A DNA stretch of 64,000 bases from positions 395,560,001-395,624,000 of the forward strand of contig OZ024741.1 in NCBI GenBank assembly GCA_964016885.1. Direction: 5' to 3'. Below are positions 55,401 through 64,000 of this stretch, piece after piece. A program made the translations under genes and the position numbers. Position 1 is the first letter of the stretch. Every line of letters starts with the position of its first letter. Below the pieces are notes generated by a model. It saw only the letters and a program-made list of their open reading frames with translations. It made no database searches and was not told the origin of the DNA. This DNA comes from Eledone cirrhosa (taxonomy: Eukaryota).

Positions 55401-58400
55401 TACAACTAACTATATACTCTTGTTGTGAGTGTCATACAATTAAATATATTCTCTTGTTGTGAGTGTCATACAACTAGCTATATTCTCTTGTTGTGCGTGT
55501 CATACCACTAACTATATTCTCTTGTTGCGAGTGTCATACAACAAGCTATATTCTCTTGTTGTGAGTGTCATACAACTAACTATATTCTCTTGTTGTGAGT
55601 GTAATACAACTAACTATATTCTATTGTTGTGAGTGTCATACAACTAGCTATATTCTCTTGTTGTGAGTGTCATACAACTCACTCTATTCTCTTGTTGTGA
55701 GTGTCATACAACTAACTATATTCTCTTGTTGTGAGTGTCATACAACTAACTATATACTCTTGTTGTGAGTGTCATACAACTAACTATATACTCTTGTTGT
55801 GAGTGTCATACAACTAACTATATTCTCTTGTTGTGAGTGTCATACAACTAACTATATACTCTTGTTGTGAGTGTCATACAACTAACTATATTCTCTTGTT
55901 GTGAGTGTCATACAACTAGCTATATTCTCTTGTTGTGAGTGTCATACCACTAACGATGTTCACGTGTTGCGAGTGTGATACAACTAACTATATACTCTTG
56001 TTGTGAGTGTCATACAACTAGCTATATGCTCTTGTTGTGAGTGTCATACCACTAACTATATTCTCTTGTTGTGAGTGTCATACAACTAACTATATACTCT
56101 TGTTGTGAGTGTCATACAACAAGCTATATTCTCTTGTTGTGAGTGTCATACAACTAGCTATATTCTCTTGTTGTGAGTGTCATACAACTAGATATATGCT
56201 CTTGTTGTGAATGTCATACAACTAGCTATATTCTCTTGTTGTGATTGTCATACAACTCACTCTATTCTCTTGTTGTGAGTGTCATACAACTAACTATATT
56301 CTCTTGTTGCGAGTGTCCTACAACTAACTATATGCTCTTGTTGCGAGTATCATACAAGTAAATATATACTCTTGTTGCGAGTGTCATACAACTAACTATA
56401 TACACTTGTTGTAAGTGTCATACAACTAGCTATATGCTCTTGTTGCGAGTGTCATATAACTAACTATATACTCTTGTTGTGAGTGTCATACAACTAACTA
56501 TATTCTCTTGTTGTGTGTGTCATACAACTAACTATATACTCTTGTTGTGAGTGTCTTACAACTAGCTATATACTCTTGTTGCGAGTGTCATACAACTAAC
56601 TATATACTCTTGTTGTGAATGTCATACAACTAACTATATACTCTTGTTGTGAGTGTCTTACAACTAACTATATGCTCTTGTTTCGAGTGTCATACAACAA
56701 GCTATATTCTCTTGTTATCAGTGTCATACAACTTACTACATACTCTTGTTGTGAGTGTCATACAACTAACTATATACTCTTGTTGTGATTGTCATACAAC
56801 TAAAAATATTCTCTTGTTGTGAATGTCATACAACTAGCTATATTCTCTTGTTGTGAGTGTCCTACAACTAACTATATACTCTTGTTATGAGTGTCATACA
56901 ACTAGCTATATTTTCTTGTTGTGAGTGTCATACAACTAACTATATACTCTTGTTGTGAATGTCATACAACTAGCTGTATGCTCTTGTTGCCAGTGTCATA
57001 CAACTAACTATATTCTCTTGTTGTGATTGTCATACAACTAGCTATATGCTCTTGTCGTGAGTGTCATACAACTAACTATATACTCTTGTTGTGAGTGTCA
57101 TACAACTAGCTATATGCTCTTGTTGCGAGTGTCATACAACTAAATATATACTCTTGTTGTGAATGTCATACAACTAACTATATACTCTTGTTGTGAGTGT
57201 CATACAACTAACTATATGCTCTTGTTTCGAGTATCATACAACTAACTATATACTCTTGTTGTGAGTGTCATACAACTAACTATATTCTCTTGTTGTGAGT
57301 GTCATACCACTAACTATATTCTCTTGTTGCGAGTGTCACACAACAAGCTATATTCTCTTGTTGTGAGTGTCATACAACTAACTATATTCTCTTGTTGTGA
57401 GTGTCATACAACTAACTATATTCTCTTGTTGTGAGTGTCATACGACTAGCTATATTCTCTTGTTGTGAGTGTCATACAACTAACTATATTCTCTTGTTGT
57501 GAGTGTCATACAACTAACTATATTCTCTTGTTATCAGTGTCATACAACTTACTACATACTCTTGTTGTGAGTGTCATACAACTAGCTATATGCTCTTGTT
57601 GCGAGTGTCATACAACTAACTATATACTCTTGTTGTGTGTGTCATACAACTAACTATATTCTCTTGTTGTGAGTGTCATACAACTAGCTATATTCTCTTG
57701 TTGTGAGTGTCATACCACTAACTATATTCTCTTGTTGCGAGTGTCATACAACTAACTATATACTCTTGTTGTGAGTGTTATACAACTAACTATATTCTCT
57801 TGTTGTGAGTGTCATACCACTAAGTATATTCTCTTGTTGCGAGTGTCATACAACTAACTATATTCTCTTGTTGTGAGTGTCATACAACGAGCTATAGTCT
57901 CTTGTCGTGAGTGTCATACAACTAACTATATACTCTTGTTGTGAGTGTCATACAACTAGCTATATTCTCTTGTTGTGAGTGTCATACCACTAACTATATT
58001 CTCTTGTTGTGAATGTCATACAACAAGCTATATTCTCTTGTTGTGAGTGTCATACAACTAGCTATATTCTCTTGTTGTGAGTGTCATACAACTAGCTATA
58101 TTCTCTTGTTGTGAGTGTCATACAACTAACTATATTATCTTGTTGTGAGTGTCATACAACTAACTATATGCTCTTGTTGCGAGTGTCATACAACAAGCTA
58201 TATTCTCTTGTTGTGAGTGTCATACAACTAACTATATTCTCTTGTTGTGAGTGTAATACAACTAACTATATTCTATTGTTGTGAGTGTCATACAACTAGC
58301 TATATTCTCTTGTTGTGAGTGTCATACAACTCACTCTATTCTCTTGTTGTGAGTGTCATACAACTAACTATATTCTCTTGTTGTGAGTGTCATACAACTA

Positions 58401-61400
58401 ACTATATACTCTTGTTGTGAGTGTCATACAACTAACTATATACTCTTGTTGTGAGTGTCATACAACTAACTATATTCTCTTGTTGTGAGTGTCATACAAC
58501 TAACTATATACTCTTGTTGTGAGTGTCATACAACTAACTATATTCTCTTGTTGTGAGTGTCATACAACTAGCTATATTCTCTTGTTGTGAGTGTCATACC
58601 ACTAACGATGTTCACGTGTTGCGAGTGTGATACAACTAACTATATACTCTTGTTGTGAGTGTCATACAACTAGCTATATGCTCTTGTTGTGAGTGTCATA
58701 CCACTAACTATATTCTCTTGTTGTGAGTGTCATACAACTAACTATATACTCTTGTTGTGAGTGTCATACAACAAGCTATATTCTCTTGTTGTGAGTGTCA
58801 TACAACTAGCTATATTCTCTTGTTGTGAGTGTCATACAACTAGATATATGCTCTTGTTGTGAATGTCATACAACTAGCTATATTCTCTTGTTGTGAGTGT
58901 CATACAACTCACTCTATTCTCTTGTTGTGAGTGTCATACAACTAACTATATTCTCTTGTTGCGAGTGTCCTACAACTAACTATATGCTCTTGTTGCGAGT
59001 ATCATACAAGTAAATATATACTCTTGTTGCGAGTGTCATACAACTAACTATATACACTTGTTGTAAGTGTCATACAACTAGCTATATGCTCTTGTTGAGA
59101 GTGTCATATAACTAACTATATACTCTTGTTGTGAGTGTCATACAACTAACTATATTCTCTTGTTGTGTGTGTCATACAACTAACTATATACTCTTGTTGT
59201 GAGTGTCTTACAACTAGCTATATACTCTTGTTGCGTGTGTCATACAACTAACTATATACTCTTGTTGTGAATGTCATACAACTAACTATATACTCTTGTT
59301 GTGAGTGTCTTACAACTAACTATATGCTCTTGTTTCGAGTGTCATACAACAAGCTATATTCTCTTGTTATCAGTGTCATACAACTTACTACATACTCTTG
59401 TTGTGAGTGTCATACAACTAACTATATACTCTTGTTGTGAGTGTCATACAACTAAAAATATTCTCTTGTTGTGAATGTCATACAACTAACTATATACTCT
59501 TGTTGTGAGTGTTATACCACTAATTATACTCTTTTGTTGCGAGTGTCATACAACTAACTATATACTCTTGTTATCAGTGTCATACAACTAGCTATATTCT
59601 CTTGTTGTGAGTGTCATACAACTAACTATATACTCTTGTTGTGATTGTCATACAACTAAAAATATTCTCTTGTTGTGAGTGTCATACAACTAGCTATATT
59701 CTCTTGTTGTGAGTGTCCTACAACTAACTATATACTCTTGTTATGAGTGTCATACAACTAGCTATATTTTCTTGTTGTGAGTGTCATACAACTAACTATA
59801 TACTCTTGTTGTGAATGTCATACAACTAGCTGTATGCTCTTGTTGCCAGTGTCATACAACTAACTATATTCTCTTGTTGTGATTGTCATACAACTAGCTA
59901 TATGCTCTTGTCGTGAGTGTCATACAACTAACTATATACTCTTGTTGTGAGTGTCATACAACTAGCTATATGCTCTTGTTGCGAGTGTCATACAACTAAA
60001 TATATACTCTTGTTGTGAATGTCATACAACTAACTATATACTCTTGTTGTGAGTGTCATACAACTAACTATATGCTCTTGTTTCGAGTATCATACAACTA
60101 ACTATATACTCTTGTTGTGAGTGTCATACAACTAACTATATTCTCTTGTTGTGAGTGTCATACCACTAACTATATTCTCTTGTTGCGAGTGTCACACAAC
60201 AAGCTATATTCTCTTGTTGTGAGTGTCATACAACTAACTATATTCTCTTGTTGTGAGTGTCATACAACTAACTATATTCTCTTGTTGTGAGTGTCATACG
60301 ACTAGCTATATTCTCTTGTTGTGAGTGTCATACAACTAACTATATTCTCTTGTTGTGAGTGTCATACAACTAACTATATTCTCTTGTTATCAGTGTCATA
60401 CAACTTACTACATACTCTTGTTGTGAGTGTCATACAACTAGCTATATGCTCTTGTTGCGAGTGTCATACAACTAACTATATACTCTTGTTGTGTGTGTCA
60501 TACAACTAACTATATTCTCTTGTTGTGAGTGTCATACAACTAGCTATATTCTCTTGTTGTGAGTGTCATACCACTAACTATATTCTCTTGTTGCGAGTGT
60601 CATACAACTAACTATATACTCTTGTTGTGAGTGTTATACAACTAACTATATTCTCTTGTTGTGAGGGTCATACCACTAAGTATATTCTCTTGTTGCGAGT
60701 GTCATACAACTAACTATATTCTCTTGTTGTGAGTGTCATACAACGAGCTATAGTCTCTTGTCGTGAGTGTCATACAACTAACTATATACTCTTGTTGTGA
60801 GTGTCATACAACTAGCTATATTCTCTTGTTGTGAGTGTCATACCACTAACTATATTCTCTTGTTGTGAATGTCATACAACAAGCTATATTCTCTTGTTGT
60901 GAGTGTCATACAACTAGCTATATTCTCTTGTTGTGAGTGTCATACAACTAGCTATATTCTCTTGTTGTGAGTGTCATACAACTAACTATATTATCTTGTT
61001 GTGAGTGTCATACAACTAACTATATGCTCTTGTTGTGAGTGTCATACAACTAACTATATTCTCTTGTTGTGTGTGACATACAACTAACTATATTCTCTTG
61101 TTGTGAGTGTCATACAACTAGCTATATTCTCTTGTTTTGAGTGTCATACAACTAACTATATGCTCTTGTTGTGAGTGTCATACAACTAACTATATACACT
61201 TGTTGTGAGTGTCATACAACTAGCTATATGCTCTTGTTGCGAGTGTCATACAACTAACTATATTCTCTTGTTGTGAGTGTCATACAACTAACTATGTGCT
61301 CTTGTTGTGAGTGTCATACAACTAACTATATACTCTTGTTATGAGTGTCATACAAATAGCTATATGCTCTTGTTGTGAGTGTCATACAACTAACTATATA

Positions 61401-64000
61401 CTCTTGTTGTGAGTGTATACAACTAGCTATATGCTCTTGTTGCGAGTGTCATACAACTAACTATATACTCTTGTTGTGAGTGTCATACAACTAACTATAT
61501 TCTCTTGTTGTGAGTGTCATACAACTAGCTATATTCTCTTGTTGTGAATGTCATACCACTAACTATATTCTCTTGTTGCGAGTGTCATACAACTAACTAT
61601 ATACTCTTGTTGTAAGTGTCATACAACTAACTACATTCTCTTGTTGTGAGTGTCATACCACTAACTATATTCTCTTGTTGCGAGTGTAATACAACAAGCT
61701 ATATTCTCTTGTTGTGAGTGTCATACAACTAACTATATTCTCTTGTTGTGAGTGTCATACAACTAACTATATTCACTTGTTGTGAGTGTCATACGACTAG
61801 CTATATTCTCTTGTTGTGAGTGTCATACAACTAACTATATTCTCTTGTTGTGAGTGTCATACAACTAACTATATTCTCTTGTTATCAGTGTCATACAACT
61901 AACTACATACTCTTGTTGTGAGTGTCATACAACTAGCTATATGCTCTTGTTGCGAGTGTCATACAACTAACTATATACTCTTGTTGTGAGTGTCATACAA
62001 CTAACTATATTCTCTTGTTGTGAGTGTCATACAACTAGCTATATTCTCTTGTTGTGAGTGTCATACCACTAACTATATTCTCTTGTTGCGAGTGTCATAC
62101 AACTAACTATATACTCTTGTTGTGAGTGTCATACAACTAACTATATTCTCTTGATGTGAGTGTTATCCAACTAACTATATTCTCTTGTTGTGAGTGTCAT
62201 ACCACTAAGTATATTCTCTTGTTGCGAGTGTCATACAACTAACTATATTCTCTTGTTGTGAGTGTCATACAACTAACTCTATTCTCTTGTTGTGAGTGTC
62301 ATACAACTAACTGTATTCTCTTGTTATCAGTGTCATACAACTAATTATATACTCTTGTTGTGAGTGTCATACAACTAACTATATACTCTTGTTGTGAGTG
62401 TCATACAACTAGCTATATTCTCTTGTTGTGAGTGTCATACAACTAACTATATTCTCTTGTTGTGAGTGTCATATAACTAGCTATATTCTCTTGTTGTGAG
62501 TGTCATACAACTAACTATATTCTCTTTTTGTGAGTGTCATACAACTAACTATACTCTCTTGTTGTGAGTGTCATACAACTAACTATATGCTCTTGTTGTG
62601 AGTGTCATACAACTAACTTTATTCGCTTGTGAGTGTCATACAACTAACTATATACTCTTGTGGTGAGTGTCATACGACAAGCTATATTCTCTTGTTGTGA
62701 GTGTCATACAACTAACTATATTCTCTTTTTGTGAGTGTCATACGACTAACTATATTCTCTTGTTGTGAGTGTCATACAACTAACTATATGCTCTTGTTGT
62801 GAGTGTCATACAACTAATTTTATTCGCTTGTGAGTGTCATACAACTAACTATATACTCTTGTGGTGAGTGTCATACAACAAGCTATATTCTCTTGTTGTG
62901 AGTGTCATACAACGAACTATAGTCTCTTGTCGTGAGTGTCATACAACTAGCTATATGCTCTTGTTGTGAATGTCATACAACAAGCTATATTCTCTTGTTG
63001 TGAGTGTCATACAACTAGCTATATTCTCTTGTTATGAGTGTCATACAACTAGCTATATTCTCTTGTTGTGAGTCTCATACAACTAGCTATATGCTCTTGT
63101 TGCGAGTGTCATACAATTAAATATATTCTCTTGTTGTGAGTGTCATACAACTAGCTATATATTCTCTTGTTGTGAGTGTCATACAACTAGCTATATACTC
63201 TTCTTGTGAGTGTCATACAACTAGCTATATTCTCTTGTTGTGAGTGTCATACAACTAACTATATGCTCTTGTTGTGAGTGTCATACAACTAACTATATAC
63301 TCTTGTTGTGAGTGTCATACAACTAGCTATATGCCCGTGTTGCGATTGTCATACAACTAACTATATTCTCTTGTTGTGAGTGACATACAACTAGCTATAT
63401 GCTCTTGTTGTGAGTGTCATACAACTAACTATATACTCTTGTTATGACTGTCATACAACTAGCTATATTCTCTTGTTGTTAGTGTCATACAACTAACTAT
63501 ATACTCTTGTTGTGAGTGTCATACAACTAACTATATACTCTTGTTGTGAGTGTCATACAACTAACTATAAGCTCTTGTTGCGAGTATCATACAACTAAGT
63601 ATATACTCTTGTTTTGAGTGTCATACAACTAACTATATACTCTTGTTGCGAGTGTCATACAACTAACTATATACTCTTGTTGTGAATGTCATACAACTAG
63701 CTATATGCTCTTGTGGCGAGTGTCATACAACTAACTATATACTCTTGTTGTGAGTGTCATACAACTAACTATATTCTCTTGTTGTGACAGTCATACAACT
63801 AGCTATATTCTCTTGTTGTGAGTGTCAAACCACTAACTATATTCTCTTGTTGCGAGTGTCTTACAACTAACTATATACTCTTGTTGTAAGTGTCATACAA
63901 CTAACTATATTCTCTTGTTGTGAGTGTCATACCACTAACTATATTCTCTTGTTGCGAGTGTCATACAACAAGCTATATTCTCTTGTTATGAGTGTCATAC
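46481..64000. repeat. SatD: tandem satellite array, 34-bp monomer, ~515 copies, continues beyond right window edge
   Basis: Consensus GAGTGTCATACAACTA(A/G)CTATAT(T/A/G)CTCTTGTTG(T/C), 34 bp (e.g. unit starts 50531, 50565), single orientation, very few indels. Confidence 0.99.

Noticed and set aside
46073-60509. ORFs in SatD and its edge (CCECH-containing, superficially metal- or heme-binding CxxCH-like)
   Set aside because: Translations of a 34-bp non-triplet repeat in which stops are occasionally mutated; no gene structure.
46481-64000. CRISPR array (GTTGT...ACAAC ends resemble some CRISPR repeats)
   Set aside because: The 15-bp intervening segments are near-identical rather than unique spacers, the core is only 19 bp, and there are no cas genes or leader.
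1-64000. Assignment as centromere, telomere or a named satellite family or species
   Set aside because: No telomeric repeat or recognisable named consensus; function and taxon cannot be determined from this sequence alone.

Overview
Almost the whole window is tandem satellite DNA, most likely from a eukaryotic genome; I see no prokaryote-style genes, RNA genes, CRISPR array or recognisable transposon. There are four abutting arrays. SatA is a 102-bp monomer (1 to ~40456, ~396 copies, open at the left edge) with variable multi-kb higher-order blocks. SatB is a 37/42/47-bp monomer built around a variable (ACTGT)n run (~40585-45530). SatC is a 19-bp minisatellite nested in a degenerate 39-bp repeat (~45511-45895). 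SatD is a 34-bp monomer (~46033 to the end, ~515 homogeneous copies plus a diverged edge). All ORFs in the supplied track are repeat-translation artefacts. Only two non-repetitive islands of ~130 bp exist. The most interesting, still speculative, observation is that both carry + strand splice signals. Joined, they read ...QILTNFHVIHSY-CNIL-stop (a CaaX prenylation-type terminus) followed by AATAAA, suggesting the 3' end of a gene with satellite-filled giant introns. Other signals are a shared 34-bp periodicity (102 = 3 x 34), motif sharing between SatB, SatC and SatD at their junctions, and CpG-decay-type variants.
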